Assembly: GCF_006345805.1 (NCBI RefSeq)
Contig: NC_042997.1
Coordinates: 28,334,001-28,398,000 of the forward strand
Reading direction: 5' to 3'
DNA length: 64,000 bases
Origin: Octopus sinensis
Lineage: Eukaryota
A model generated the notes under the pieces. It did no database searches and was not told where the DNA came from. It was given only the letters and a program-made list of their open reading frames with translations. A program made the translations under genes and the position numbers. Each line of letters starts with the position of its first letter. Within the stretch, counting starts at the first letter, position 1. Of the stretch, positions 62,859-64,000 are shown piece after piece.

Positions 62859-62862
<4 letters not shown>

Positions 62863-63159
62863 ATGATCACGTGACCGACCAGACTATCAGATGTTGTTAC
62901 ACATCGCTGGTCAAAATGCGTTCGCATTGTTTTAGCCTTCGAATGACGCCACCCCGCTGGCTAAGCGAGCAGGCCAAGAGAAGAAAGAGTGAGAGAAAGA
63001 GTGGTGGAAGAGTACAGCAGGGATCACCACCCCCTGCCGGAGCCTCGTGGAGCTTTAGGTGTTTTCGCTCAATAAACACACACAACGCCCGGTCTGGGAA
63101 TCGAAACCGCGATCCTCTGACCACGAGTTCCCTGCCCTAACCATTGGGCCATTTCGCCT

Positions 63160-63161
<2 letters not shown>
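62859..63161 (-). mobile_element. SINE family C, tandem neighbour
   Basis: As above; separated from the previous copy only by (CA)n(TA)n. Confidence 0.85.
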
Positions 63162-63212
<51 letters not shown>

Positions 63213-63590
63213 CACTACCGTCAGAAATTAATTAGCACCCTTGATTTGCTCTTCACTCAAGGTATGTGCTGTCACCTAGTGGCCATATCTCGAACTATTG
63301 CTTTGTTGCGAGTTCACTGTTGCGCAGAACGATGACGTAACTTTGTTTGCAGAGCAGTTTGAGAGTCTACAGCCTTATGATGTTGACATAGCAGTGCAAC
63401 AACAACTTGGAGTGCGGATGCAGACAAATTCCTTTGTTTAATAGATATAGGTAGCGCCTCGCAAGGACCGAAATCACACCATACTAAGTTTTCTCATCGC
63501 GTAAGACGTTTTGAACAGCTCATAGGTTAATTGATTTAACCTATTTAATGTAGAAATTTGAGAAGTGCTAATTAATTTCTGACGCAAGTG
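63213..63590. mobile_element. Tc1-like MITE, 378 bp
   Basis: 26-bp TIRs CACTACCGTCAGAAATTAATTAGCAC / GTGCTAATTAATTTCTGACGCAAGTG, TA flanks. Confidence 0.85.
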
Positions 63591-63614
63591 TATATATATA
63601 TATATATATATATA

Positions 63615-64000
63615 CAGGGTATGATGGGTAAATTGTCACCAATATAAAATATTGCACATGCGCATTGTTTTGATTTTATCTTGTCAACTGCACAGCTTAT
63701 TAGTGTCAGTTGGGCATCGTCTGTGAGATAAACAATATAATAACGCAATTCACTCTACCGAAAATTAGGAAACGACATACTGTACTGCTTGGCATTCGCG
63801 CTGGAAGCTCCAATATGAACAGATGGTGAACACACAGAACAACCTACGGCTTACCGTGTTTCCCAAACATGGACCGAGAATGATATGGCGTTTGGAGTGA
63901 TCACTAGTGATGGTGACGTTACGTCTCCATTCATCTTCTCATACGCCCTCAGACTCAACACGGATGCCTACATCAAGTGCCTAGTGGAGGTACTGTGCCC
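63615..64000 (+). mobile_element. DD37D/maT-like transposon derivative, runs off window
   Basis: TA-CAGGG start; MAFGVITSDGDVTSPFIF..LRLNTDAYIKCL. Confidence 0.75.

Overview
AT-rich eukaryotic DNA packed with (TA)n, (CA)n, (AAT)n, (ACT)n and (CTAT)n microsatellites. The repeat spectrum looks like an octopus/cephalopod genome (inference from tRNA-derived SINE families and composition). No host protein-coding gene, rRNA, true tRNA or CRISPR array can be supported; almost all short ORFs in the track are microsatellite or transposon artefacts. Main content: (1) a nearly complete Penelope-like retroelement (PLE, 10821-15425) with an RT + C-terminal GIY-YIG ORF (one stop, two compensating frameshifts), an inverted 5' pseudo-LTR and (TA)n target; (2) several further PLE remnants, plus four hammerhead-ribozyme-like motifs found by eye, two with unusual cores (A6U; U3-A8 compensatory) and one directly downstream of a tRNA-like A/B-box promoter; (3) a cluster of RLE-type non-LTR elements (Dong/R4-like, sitting in (TAA)n; one HERO-like remnant) and a non-coding (AAT)n-embedded element with reiterated 5' ends; (4) a full-length frameshifted mariner, Tigger and DD37D-like remnants, MITEs and long fold-backs; (5) L1/Tx1-like remnants; (6) four tRNA-derived SINE families and Helitron-like non-autonomous elements. 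All alignments and counts were done by eye; clade names are recalled from known motif patterns and need database confirmation.
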